NCBI GenBank assembly: GCA_018697675.1
Contig: JABINC010000042.1
Coordinates: forward strand, 7,077-71,076
DNA length: 64,000 nt
DNA from: Candidatus Peregrinibacteria bacterium
GTDB lineage: Bacteria > Patescibacteriota > Gracilibacteria > UBA1369 > JABINC01
Direction of reading: 5' to 3'
A program made the position numbers and the translations under genes. This document shows positions 9,664-18,653 of the stretch, in pieces. The notes under the pieces are model-generated. The model made no database searches. It saw only the letters and a program-made list of their open reading frames with translations, and was not told the origin of the DNA. How positions within the stretch are numbered: position 1 is the first letter of the stretch; every line of letters begins with the position of its first letter.

Positions 9664-11688
9664 TTATTCGTAGACAGAGATTTTCTTCACTGTAAGTTCT
9701 TCAGGAAACTCTATGTTTAGTTTTTCTACTGGAGGATTTAAGTAGAATTTGTATGAAGGAGGGACTTTTGGACCGTCCGCCCAATCGGCCTTGTCTGTGA
9801 ATTCGTATATTGAGCGTGAGACCATGAACTTGCTTGAGATATCCTCAATCGGCTGACGTGCTGAATCTAATAATTGTGTCAGGCCTCCTTCGTATGAGAT
9901 GCCGCTTATTGTTAATGGTTCATATATGTCAGGAATAATTTCAAATCCTGTGATTTCACCATTTCTGTTGCGCAATTCTATAACCGAAACTACTGATCGG
10001 ATGTCGAGTGGAGCATCGTTGTGAATAAGGTTTGTCATCTCTACATTTGATACATCGATTTCTGTATAAAAAGTTCTCAATCCTCCACTTTGATATCCAA
10101 AATAATCAAATTTAGCGTCCCCTCCCCCTGTCATCGCGAAATCTTTGATCTGGCTACCCCTTGCCCCCTCGCCTACATATAAAATAACTCCCCAAGGAGT
10201 AGCAGCCTTCGCTGGTTTTATGTTGGCTCCGCCCAAAAAATCCAATTTCCCATGAGATATTATTGACACTTCTTCCCCCAAATAAAGAGTAGAACCAGGG
10301 AGCACATTTACTTGAATATTCTCTGGAATTATCAGGTCTTCTTCGAATGTTTTGCTACCTGAAATTTCAAAATTATTGCCGTCTTCATGGGTTAGTTGTG
10401 AATACTTTTCTTGAAATTCTTCCAATGATATTTGTGAGCCTGGGAAACTCCTATCAAGTGAATAGTCGCGGTTCAAATCATAAGCTTTGCGGTAAGCAAT
10501 ATTCATTGCCTCGAAATGTGAAGAAAGCGCAAATGCAGTCCCCTTGTCCACTTCCAATTTGTACTGCTCTTTGAAATCTTGTGTCAATTTTTCTAAGTAG
10601 TTCAAATCATTTTTATAATATTTATCCAGATAGTTGTTTAGTAAATTCCGCATATCTCGGTTGTACTGCTCATCCTGATTTAAGATGTAAAAAAGCTTAT
10701 TCCAAAGGTTTATATCATAGTGAAAATCTGAATAGGTTTTTATGTCTTTTTTTATGTCATCTGTCGTGTCCCATGGCAAGAAAACAAAACGATCTTTTTG
10801 CTTATCAAAATAGAATTTCCAATTATGAAATCTATCCAAATGAGTTGAGAATTGCAGCGCATTGAATGCATTGATTTTTAGAAGATTTTCTCTGTCGAAT
10901 ATTGCGAAAATTTCTTCTGCACCTGGGACTGAAGCATTCATAACTTTCCAGAAATTGTATATTCTAGAATAATCGTCTTCTGGGAGAACTGGATCATCTG
11001 CTTTTTTTGTGAAATATGCAGGTGAGATGAAAAGCTCCATGAATAAATCATATAATTCGAGTTCTTTTCCTTCGTGCTCTTTTGTCCTTTTGTATAAGTT
11101 GACGTCTCCGTCATATACATCTGTCGGATATGCAATTTTATTTTTTATAAAAAATGGCTCCTTATATGTCTCTGTCATGAAATAAAGCTTTGGAGCCTCC
11201 CCATTTACAATTAAGGGGATTAACGCATTTTTAGGAGTTTTGAGGCTAAATTGTGCCGCAGTTTTCATGCTAAATAGCTCCGCATAGTAATTCCGATCTT
11301 CCGGAATTATGAGAGCGAATTCATCAAATGAAAAAGGAGAATCATCGACGAATTCTATTCCTATAGATTTTTTTTCATATCTCCAGTGAGTCGCCAGATC
11401 TCCGCGGTAGCGTATCTTTACTTTATATTTTTTATCTCCGATCTTCAGTTTTGCCGAAACCTTTACCCGATCTTCTTTTAACATATCTATTATCGGTTCC
11501 TCAGGCAGGGCTGCTTCCATACTCTCTAAATCCTCTGTATCTACCGTAAGTTCTAATTCTATGTCACTAATCGTTTCGTAATTTGGAGTTTGGATTCTTG
11601 CATAAACAAAAATCAATACAAGCACGAGCAAAACGAGTATGAAAAATGTAATTGTCTTTTTTATTTTGTTTTCTGAATTTTCATTCAT
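9664..11688 (-). CDS. CotH-family (atypical kinase-like) protein, N-terminally membrane anchored
   Basis: TM helix ITFFILVLLVLVLIFVYA. CotH-like blocks KVKIRYRGDLATHWRYEKKSIGIEF and NWKFYFDKQKDRFVFLPWDTTDD. The C-terminal ~200 aa is beta-rich. Confidence 0.6.
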   Translation of the reverse strand: MNENSENKIKKTITFFILVLLVLVLIFVYARIQTPNYETISDIELELTVDTEDLESMEAALPEEPIIDMLKEDRVKVSAKLKIGDKKYKVKIRYRGDLATHWRYEKKSIGIEFVDDSPFSFDEFALIIPEDRNYYAELFSMKTAAQFSLKTPKNALIPLIVNGEAPKLYFMTETYKEPFFIKNKIAYPTDVYDGDVNLYKRTKEHEGKELELYDLFMELFISPAYFTKKADDPVLPEDDYSRIYNFWKVMNASVPGAEEIFAIFDRENLLKINAFNALQFSTHLDRFHNWKFYFDKQKDRFVFLPWDTTDDIKKDIKTYSDFHYDINLWNKLFYILNQDEQYNRDMRNLLNNYLDKYYKNDLNYLEKLTQDFKEQYKLEVDKGTAFALSSHFEAMNIAYRKAYDLNRDYSLDRSFPGSQISLEEFQEKYSQLTHEDGNNFEISGSKTFEEDLIIPENIQVNVLPGSTLYLGEEVSIISHGKLDFLGGANIKPAKAATPWGVILYVGEGARGSQIKDFAMTGGGDAKFDYFGYQSGGLRTFYTEIDVSNVEMTNLIHNDAPLDIRSVVSVIELRNRNGEITGFEIIPDIYEPLTISGISYEGGLTQLLDSARQPIEDISSKFMVSRSIYEFTDKADWADGPKVPPSYKFYLNPPVEKLNIEFPEELTVKKISVYE

Positions 11689-11698
11689 GTTTTTACTT

Positions 11699-12121
11699 TT
11701 AAGCCTTTTTGGCGGCTTTTAGAGCGAGCTCATCTACCATGTTGTTGTAGATGTTTTGGTCATGGGCTTTTACCCATTTGAGTTTTAGATTAATTTTGGC
11801 GAGAGGTTTCTCCATTTCTATCCAAAGATCGAGATTGGCTTTGCGCTTCCAACCAAGATTAACTGTATTAACTACGAGTCGGGAATCAGAGAAAACTGCA
11901 ACTTCCTGCCAACTTTGTGTAACAGCGTACTCGAGCGCTCGCAAGAGTGCCATCATTTCCATTCTGTTATTTGTAGTCTCCGGGTCACTGCCTGATTCTT
12001 GATGAAGAATACTGGACATTGGACCATCATCTGAAGCTGATTCTGTATCGATAACTATAAACGCCCAGCCCCCTGGACCGGGATTCCCGATACAACTTCC
12101 ATCTGTATAAATTGTATGCAT
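11699..12121 (-). CDS. rnhA: Ribonuclease HI
   Basis: IYTDGSCIGNPGPGGWAFIV...NNRMEMMALLRALE...VFSDSRLVVN...WVKAHDQ..YNNMVDELA. I prefer the start at the internal Met (MHTIYTDGS, nt 12121) over the ORF-track start at 12187. Confidence 0.9.
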   Translation of the reverse strand: MHTIYTDGSCIGNPGPGGWAFIVIDTESASDDGPMSSILHQESGSDPETTNNRMEMMALLRALEYAVTQSWQEVAVFSDSRLVVNTVNLGWKRKANLDLWIEMEKPLAKINLKLKWVKAHDQNIYNNMVDELALKAAKKA

Positions 12122-12206
12122 AACTATTTTGTAGAATTTCGTGCAATACGATACATCAAAAAGTGCGCATGTGCACACTTTTTTCAATTGAAAGAAAATA
12201 ATTACC

Positions 12207-12236
12207 TTGAATTTAAAGCATGGTTTGTATTACAAT
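12207..12236 (+). promoter_or_regulatory. Sigma70-like promoter for the tRNA-Gly pair (TTGAAT-N18-TACAAT)
   Basis: -35 at 12207-12212 and -10 at 12231-12236, 14 nt before the first tRNA. Confidence 0.45.
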
Positions 12237-12250
12237 CCCCTTTGCCTTAT

Positions 12251-12325
12251 GCACGTGTCGTATAATGGCTATTATCCCGGCCTTCCAAGCCGATGATACG
12301 GGTTCGATTCCCGTCACGTGCTCCA
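12251..12325 (+). tRNA. tRNA-Gly (anticodon UCC), CCA encoded
   Basis: Hand-folded cloverleaf: acceptor GCACGTG/CACGTGC, anticodon loop CTTCCAA, T arm ACGGG-TTCGATT-CCCGT, discriminator T plus CCA. Confidence 0.9.
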
Positions 12326-12351
12326 GTTTTTGGTTCCACAATTAGGCTAAT

Positions 12352-12426
12352 GCACGTATCGTATAGTGGCTATTACATTGCCTTGCCAAGGCAGAAAGAC
12401 GGGTTCGATTCCCGTTACGTGCTCCA
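12352..12426 (+). tRNA. tRNA-Gly (anticodon GCC), CCA encoded
   Basis: Acceptor GCACGTA/TACGTGC (a compensatory change relative to the first tRNA), anticodon stem TTGCC/GGCAG, loop TTGCCAA, and a T arm identical to the first tRNA. Confidence 0.9.
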
Positions 12427-12427
12427 C

Positions 12428-12452
12428 AGACACACATCCGTGTGTCTTTTTT
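12428..12452 (+). terminator. Rho-independent terminator after the tRNA pair
   Basis: Perfect 8-bp hairpin AGACACAC-ATCC-GTGTGTCT followed by TTTTT. Confidence 0.7.
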
Positions 12453-12489
12453 ATGCTAAAAACAAATTAAATAGTGAGTATATTCCCTA

Positions 12490-12518
12490 TTGACAGTGAG
12501 ATTGTACTCACCTATAGT
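12490..12518 (+). promoter_or_regulatory. Sigma70-like promoter for rarA (TTGACA-N17-TATAGT)
   Basis: Consensus -35 at 12490-12495 and -10 at 12513-12518. The spacer contains the inverted repeat GTGAG...CTCAC. Confidence 0.55.
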
Positions 12519-12541
12519 TTTGGAGAAATTAAATTGTAAAT

Positions 12542-13672
12542 ATGGAGCCTCTCGCTTCGAAAATTAGGCCGAAAACACTTGAAGGTTTTTATGGGCAAGA
12601 GCATTTAGTTGGGAAAGGTAAGCCTCTGCGAGTAGCTATAGAAGAAAAACATCTGTTTTCGTTTATTTTGTGGGGACCGCCGGGAGTTGGAAAAACCACT
12701 TTGGCAAGGATTTATGCAAATGCTCTGGATGCGGATTTTTATGAGCTTTCTGCGGTGTCAGCGGGCAAAGCGGATATAAGAAAGATTGTTGATGAAGACA
12801 AGGGGCTTTTTGGCAAACCAAAGGTGCTTTTTCTAGATGAAATCCATAGATTCAACAAGGCCCAACAGGATTTTTTACTTCCTTTCGTTGAAAAAGGGAC
12901 TCTGACTTTGATCGGTGCTACTACAGAAAATCCGAGTTTCGAAGTTATATCTCCCCTGCTCTCACGGTGCAGGGTTTTCACCTTAAATTCGCTCACAGAT
13001 GAAGATATGGCAAAAATTCTTGAGAAAAGTGAATGCAAAATGGATGGAAAAGCAAAGGACTGGCTTATAAAGATGGCAAATGGGGATGGGAGACAAGCCA
13101 TCACCATGATTGAAAATACTCATAGTTTATATAAAAAAATCACTGTAGAGACTTTGAAAAACACTTTGCAATCAAAATTTTTGCGATACGACAAAGCCGG
13201 TGAAGAACACTATAACTTGATCAGTGCGTTTATAAAAAGCATGCGTGCAAGCCAGCCGGATGCCGCCATGTATTATATGGCGCGCATGCTGGACAGTGGT
13301 GAAGATCCCAAATTTATCGCCCGAAGAATGGTGATTTTTGCAAGTGAAGATATTGGAATTGCGGTCCCAACTGCACTCGTTGTGGCGAATGAAGTTTTTC
13401 GAGCGGTTGAGACGATAGGACTTCCAGAGTGTAGTCTGAACCTGGCACAGGGAGTGGCTTATCTCGCGAAATGTAAAAAAGACAGGAGTGTTTGTGATGC
13501 CCTCGGCAAAGCCATGAAAGATGTAAAAACTCATGGCAATCTACCCGTTCCATTAAATCTACGAAATGCTCCAACGAACCTTATGAAAGAACTCGATTAT
13601 GGTAAAGGCTATGAGAAATACACAAAAGATGACCTCATGCCGGAAAAGCTAAAAGGTAAGAGGTATTTCTAA
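12542..13672 (+). CDS. rarA: Replication-associated recombination protein A (AAA+ ATPase RarA/MgsA)
   Basis: LWGPPGVGKTTLARIYAN (Walker A), FLDEIHRFNKAQQD (Walker B/sensor) and a MgsA C-terminal domain (YYMARMLDSGEDPKFIARR). Confidence 0.9.
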   Translation: MEPLASKIRPKTLEGFYGQEHLVGKGKPLRVAIEEKHLFSFILWGPPGVGKTTLARIYANALDADFYELSAVSAGKADIRKIVDEDKGLFGKPKVLFLDEIHRFNKAQQDFLLPFVEKGTLTLIGATTENPSFEVISPLLSRCRVFTLNSLTDEDMAKILEKSECKMDGKAKDWLIKMANGDGRQAITMIENTHSLYKKITVETLKNTLQSKFLRYDKAGEEHYNLISAFIKSMRASQPDAAMYYMARMLDSGEDPKFIARRMVIFASEDIGIAVPTALVVANEVFRAVETIGLPECSLNLAQGVAYLAKCKKDRSVCDALGKAMKDVKTHGNLPVPLNLRNAPTNLMKELDYGKGYEKYTKDDLMPEKLKGKRYF

Positions 13673-16600
13673 GCTTCACCTAATCTTTCGAGGGCTTGCC
13701 TCACCAATTCAGCTTCTGATGCTGGCCAGTCTTTTAATACGTCTTTACTCTGTGTGACATGGGCGAAACGCCATAAATCTGTATGAGGGTTGAAACTCAA
13801 TTCTGCAGGATCATACTCTCCCCATTTAGCTACTAAAGAAGTACTAACATCTTTACCCATGTTCCAAGCTGACAGAGGCCCTCCCCCCCTATCATCAGAA
13901 CGATTGCATACTAACCCAACCCATATTTTATCCTCATATTGCCCTAATATAATACCTCTTCTACCTGTAAAGAACTCACCTCTTGTTGTTATGATATCGC
14001 CACATCCAAATCCGTAACTTTCATCAACTTGTCCCAATTTATAGGTCCTCCACTCTGAATGGTCAACTAGATGCGTACTAGTATATGGGAATCCATTCTC
14101 AGTTGGCTGATAATCCCCGACTGACATTGCTTTATACCTAGTGGCATCTGTTCCAATAGTCAAAACTTCTGAATATTCTGCAGGATCATATTCCCCCCAC
14201 CATCTAACAACTTCAAATCCATCAGCCCAATCTCCTTTCAAATGTTTTTTCATCTCTAAATGATGTAATTGCTTACTGCCATCTAATGCAGTTAAAAACA
14301 TTCCTTTTCCTGCAATATTGAACCCTTCAAAAAAGAAGCGCTGCCCTGGCCTAATTCCAAAACCATCATGGCAATCATATTCTCTAGTAACGGTAACTAT
14401 ATCGCCATGCCTCAACCTAGAATGCATACGACTTCTAACATCAACTTTTGATAAAGACGGCTTCCAATTTTTCAGCTGTATAATGTCATATGGATATTCA
14501 CCAATATACCCAGGTCTCAACCAATCAAGATTCATAATTCTCCTTGCGGTAACTTCTTCAATAGCTCTACCTAATTTAACGACTTGATCTCTCATGGATG
14601 GCACATCTACCGCCTTTCCAACATCTGATCTCACGAGTGCATTTAACCGCTCTGATATCTCCTGTAATTCCGCTTCTAATTTACGTATATTATCTAAAGC
14701 TTTACGACGGGCACTATTCAGTGATTTATTTAACGAAGCTGCTTTTGTCGCCTCAGTTTCACGATCTAAATTCGCTATTCTGGTAAGACACCATTTGACT
14801 TGTTTTCTAACTCCTGCAAGTACTCGCTCCCCTTCTAATCTACGTTGCTCTACTTCTGCATCAATACCCGCTAAAACGGCCTCCTGCCCTTCTAAAAATG
14901 ATTCTCTCAATTTTGCTTTATAGGGTTCTATTGCTGCTCGTATAGCTATCAATTCAGCCTTCAACGCCGCTAATTCGGCATCCCTAGCATCTGCCGGAAT
15001 CCCCTTCTCGGTTGGCTTAGTTGCGGTCACCTCTGCCGCTCCTCTGTTCCGCCAAATATCACGCAACTCTTCCAATTCAGCTAAAATAGGAGCTGCTTCA
15101 CCTGGAAGCTCTGGGATTTCTGATGCTTCTCTCTGTGCACCAAAATCAAGAGCGAATGGAGCACTATGCATTTTGATTGCGGTTTCAATCATGGCTGCCT
15201 CTTCACCAGCTTTCACTTCTTGACGTCTAAATAAAACTGCCATTTCTTTCAAAGCTTCAATAAAGTCTCCATCAGCAGATAAATGCCATTTCAATGCAGC
15301 CAAACGTAATAACTCATAATAATCATTTCCTGCAGTACCTCTTAAATTATCCATCTCCAATATTTTCATAATAAGATCTAGCGGAATTTCGACCTCATTC
15401 AAGCTTTCAAACTGAGATTTGACTGCTGCAAAAAGATCTAATTTTTCATCTAAAGTCTGTGGTGGCAAAACAGCCACACATAAACCGAACCTTCCATTTC
15501 TAAGCATTGCTGTATCCAGGTTTTGTGGATGATTGGACGTCCCTATTATAACTACCCCTTGCATTCCTTTTGAACCTATCTCGGATTGAAGATATGCTAT
15601 CACCTCATCATCATCATTACTCTTATTCCCAGTTTTTTCGGTATTGGGAAATATCTTCTCTAATTCATCTATACAAAGTACGCATGGAGCAAGTCTCTTT
15701 GCCGCCTCAATAGCAGCCCTATATCTATCTTCTTTCTTTCCACGAAGCCCCCCTGAACTTACATTCCCAAGTTTTAAAACAGGAACCCCTCCCATCAAAC
15801 TTGCTAAATAGTTGGCTCTGACACTTTTTCCCGTTCCAGGAGGCCCGATAAATGATATAGCCTGGGGGAGCAAATCTCTCTTTTCATGGAAAGCCACTGC
15901 TATATCTTTTAAAAACTTCCTTTCTGCCTCGGACATAGAAATCATCTCATCCGTATAATGTTTTTCTTCACAGGTCACAGCGCCTTCTGATCGAGTGGTG
16001 GCTTCTACCAACTTTTGTTGTTTCAAATCAGCTAAAAATTGTTCTTTTGTAGAACTGCGCATTAGACGAACTAAAGCCCTAAGAGATAATCCTTTGGCTT
16101 CTTTCAGAGCTTCATGAAATACAGCTACATCCAAGTCCAATCTTTTAAGTTGACCCTCGATCTCCGCCCTGGTTGGAGTTCCAATTTTCGTAGTTGTGAA
16201 GACCTTCGAAACTCCTCCATTTATTACATTATTTCTATCAATCAAAACCATACTGCTTCCAGAATGAGTCCTCAGAAAACTATGGAAAGCTAAAGTAATT
16301 CCTTCGTTGTTATAACGCTCCATAGATGCCGATGGCCCACTTTCTGCTCCTTTTGGCAGAAATAAGTCTGCATTGTCAATTATTAAACAAATTTTCTGTC
16401 CCTCTTTTGCAATTGCCTGCTTTAACATTTCGATCATCACCTTGTCTGACATAGAGCCATAAGTATCTCGGATTGTTCCCTTTGTCAGTAAAGATGGCAC
16501 TAGATTCTCGCCACCTCTATCTTTAACTTCGACTGCTAGATTCAAAAAATCATCTCTTTGACCCCCTTCTTCATCTGGCTCCTGAGCTTCTGCCGCGCCC

Positions 16601-17094
16601 TCTTTGTTACCAAGGCCAATTGATAATTCATCTGCAAAACTAAATGAGCAAGTTGCTGCATCATAAATGATAACCGTATCATATTTCCCTGAATATTCAG
16701 CTGCCTCCGCAGTGATATCTTTTAAATCACAGAAATGTGTTCTGCCTTCTGAATCTGAAATTGGAAAAAGATCAGATGTATCCCCTTTTATGCAAAGCCC
16801 TGGGTCGAAATCACTCAACTCACTTAGTGCGCTTAATAAATGGTCTGATCTCAATCCCTGCTTTTGGCTGGCGCGAATACCAGCAAATTCTGGGTCAAAA
16901 TAATATTTGAGGGGATCCTGTCTGCAATCTACCCCTCCTAATGCATCAATATCAAAATCCTGAGCTCTCCACTCCGCACATCTATCTCTCCATTCAGCTA
17001 CTATTGGGAATTCATCAAGATCATCAGAACATACCTGCTCAAGTTCTGCAACTATATCTGGACCCAAACCGTCAATGTCTAAAGTAGCTTTCAT
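13669..17094 (-). CDS. 1141-aa orphan protein: degenerate AAA-like module + classical-clade AAA+ ATPase + long coiled coil + duplicated C-terminal beta-rich module
   Basis: Walker A FIGPPGTGKS (nt 15823-15846), Walker B VLCIDELE, and an SRH-like TSNHPQNLDTAMLRNGRFG. An upstream pseudo-Walker-B ICLIIDNAD has no P-loop. Heptad-rich E/A/L/R region at aa ~660-850. Two C-terminal repeats each end in WGEYDPAE. Confidence 0.8.
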   Translation of the reverse strand: MKATLDIDGLGPDIVAELEQVCSDDLDEFPIVAEWRDRCAEWRAQDFDIDALGGVDCRQDPLKYYFDPEFAGIRASQKQGLRSDHLLSALSELSDFDPGLCIKGDTSDLFPISDSEGRTHFCDLKDITAEAAEYSGKYDTVIIYDAATCSFSFADELSIGLGNKEGAAEAQEPDEEGGQRDDFLNLAVEVKDRGGENLVPSLLTKGTIRDTYGSMSDKVMIEMLKQAIAKEGQKICLIIDNADLFLPKGAESGPSASMERYNNEGITLAFHSFLRTHSGSSMVLIDRNNVINGGVSKVFTTTKIGTPTRAEIEGQLKRLDLDVAVFHEALKEAKGLSLRALVRLMRSSTKEQFLADLKQQKLVEATTRSEGAVTCEEKHYTDEMISMSEAERKFLKDIAVAFHEKRDLLPQAISFIGPPGTGKSVRANYLASLMGGVPVLKLGNVSSGGLRGKKEDRYRAAIEAAKRLAPCVLCIDELEKIFPNTEKTGNKSNDDDEVIAYLQSEIGSKGMQGVVIIGTSNHPQNLDTAMLRNGRFGLCVAVLPPQTLDEKLDLFAAVKSQFESLNEVEIPLDLIMKILEMDNLRGTAGNDYYELLRLAALKWHLSADGDFIEALKEMAVLFRRQEVKAGEEAAMIETAIKMHSAPFALDFGAQREASEIPELPGEAAPILAELEELRDIWRNRGAAEVTATKPTEKGIPADARDAELAALKAELIAIRAAIEPYKAKLRESFLEGQEAVLAGIDAEVEQRRLEGERVLAGVRKQVKWCLTRIANLDRETEATKAASLNKSLNSARRKALDNIRKLEAELQEISERLNALVRSDVGKAVDVPSMRDQVVKLGRAIEEVTARRIMNLDWLRPGYIGEYPYDIIQLKNWKPSLSKVDVRSRMHSRLRHGDIVTVTREYDCHDGFGIRPGQRFFFEGFNIAGKGMFLTALDGSKQLHHLEMKKHLKGDWADGFEVVRWWGEYDPAEYSEVLTIGTDATRYKAMSVGDYQPTENGFPYTSTHLVDHSEWRTYKLGQVDESYGFGCGDIITTRGEFFTGRRGIILGQYEDKIWVGLVCNRSDDRGGGPLSAWNMGKDVSTSLVAKWGEYDPAELSFNPHTDLWRFAHVTQSKDVLKDWPASEAELVRQALERLGEA

Positions 17095-17104
17095 TACATA
17101 ATAA

Positions 17105-17746
17105 TTAAATATTTACACCTGTTACAACTTCCCCCACTCCACCAGACCCAAAAGCGATTGATCTCTCTTGAGGCTGACGAGCAAAAGATTCCTCACTCAA
17201 TCGATCTGTTAAATGATGGATTGTTTGATTTCTAGAACCTGCTATCGTCGTTAAATCACGTTCGCTCTTCCTATATTCACCGTCAATCACTACATCAACT
17301 AATTCTAATAATCTGGTAATGGCTTCATTTCCAAGTTGTTGTAAAAATCCCAGGCGGTATCCAGTAAATAAAATTACATCCATCATTGGTGATTCTGCTC
17401 TCAAAGCTTCCAAAACAGGAATTAAATTACGTGCCTGTAATACCGGCTCTCCTCCTTGTAAAGTCAACCCTCTGACCTCACCAACACTGTCACGTGACCG
17501 CCTTATACGTCTCAATAACTCCTCCGCTGTCATTAGGGTTTTTGCCTGAGTCACTTCTTCTACCGTCAACATTTCAGGGTTAGTGCACCCAACGCATCTT
17601 TTCATGCATCCTTGCAGCCATACAGATGTTCGTAAACCTGGGCCATGAGCTGCTCCAATTGAGCTAAATGCAGCTACATTTAACTGGGCACCTGGGTATA
17701 CCAATTCTTCAAAAGTTTCTCCTACATGTCTCTCTAAAACCGTCAT
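17105..17746 (-). CDS. NrdG-family glycyl-radical-enzyme activating protein (radical SAM)
   Basis: HGPGLRTSVWLQGCMKRCVGCTNPE (CX3CX2C), GLTLQGGEP, DVILFTGYRL and VIDGEY...GSRNQTIHHL are collinear with the conserved blocks of E. coli NrdG as I recall them. There is a 6-nt gap to the upstream gene and a 10-nt gap to the AAA+ gene. Confidence 0.8.
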   Translation of the reverse strand: MTVLERHVGETFEELVYPGAQLNVAAFSSIGAAHGPGLRTSVWLQGCMKRCVGCTNPEMLTVEEVTQAKTLMTAEELLRRIRRSRDSVGEVRGLTLQGGEPVLQARNLIPVLEALRAESPMMDVILFTGYRLGFLQQLGNEAITRLLELVDVVIDGEYRKSERDLTTIAGSRNQTIHHLTDRLSEESFARQPQERSIAFGSGGVGEVVTGVNI

Positions 17747-17752
17747 GAAAAT

Positions 17753-18595
17753 TTAGTTTTTTAATTTATTTCTTACTATTGGCCCGGCATTAACTGCAGT
17801 TGATCTCTGCGGAGTTTCTGACACAGCGGGCCGATCCGACCCATCGCCAAAACCACTTCTCCTTCCAGATAATCTGATTGGAGTTCCTGTTATCAAACCT
17901 ACTTGTTTCACCACCTCTCCAACTTGCCTTCGAAGGCCTTCTGAAGCCCTTCTGCAAGCCCCCAGTCCCGCTTCCGCATTTACATGTGTGAAAATTGCAC
18001 CATCTGGCATGAAGACAACCTCTCCATCTAATCCGTCTTTTCTGAGGACTAATTTCAATCCTTCCCTTACAATAGTGGGGGTTGTCACGCTCAAAGCTCC
18101 TGGGTTCACTAAGGTATATCCAGCTTCCTCCAGGGCTCTTTTCACTTTAAGTGGCACAACAAACAATGATCTAGATCTTCTAAGTGCCTCTTCAATCCTT
18201 TGTTTTAGCGCAGTATCAGCTGCCCCTCTAACCCTTCGGATCCTATCCCATTCTTCCAAAAATTCTGTATTAACTTCGCATAATGCAGTAGCGTACTGCT
18301 TCTCTTTTTCACTTACACCATAATCATTGAAAAATTGCTCTAACAATTCCTCAAATGTAACCCCAAAGTCTGTCAAACTCAACCCTCCAGCTCTGTGAGG
18401 AGATGATGCTTGGATATTTTCAAAAGCCAACTCCGCACATCCTCTTTGAAAAGCCTCATCCTCTTTTCCTCTCAAAGACTGATACTCCTGCAATAGACCT
18501 AATACAGGTTGTGAATACCCTTCCGCTACACCAACACTTCTTAAATATCGATTTACAGCTTTGGAAGAACAAAAATCTTCTGAATGATGACTCAT
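17753..18595 (-). CDS. Hypothetical 280-aa protein (orphan), immediately upstream of the activase
   Basis: Long ORF in operon context with no motif I recognise, apart from a weak glycyl-radical-like IRLSG 36 aa from the C-terminus. Confidence 0.6.
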   Translation of the reverse strand: MSHHSEDFCSSKAVNRYLRSVGVAEGYSQPVLGLLQEYQSLRGKEDEAFQRGCAELAFENIQASSPHRAGGLSLTDFGVTFEELLEQFFNDYGVSEKEKQYATALCEVNTEFLEEWDRIRRVRGAADTALKQRIEEALRRSRSLFVVPLKVKRALEEAGYTLVNPGALSVTTPTIVREGLKLVLRKDGLDGEVVFMPDGAIFTHVNAEAGLGACRRASEGLRRQVGEVVKQVGLITGTPIRLSGRRSGFGDGSDRPAVSETPQRSTAVNAGPIVRNKLKN

Positions 18596-18653
18596 AGACT
18601 ATGATTAATATGAAGAAGGGATAATAGCACAAAATGGACAAGAGTCAATACTA

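Noticed and set aside
12293-12493. 66-aa ORF on the + strand
   Set aside because: It lies entirely over the two tRNA-Gly genes and their terminator, so it is an artefact of ORF calling.
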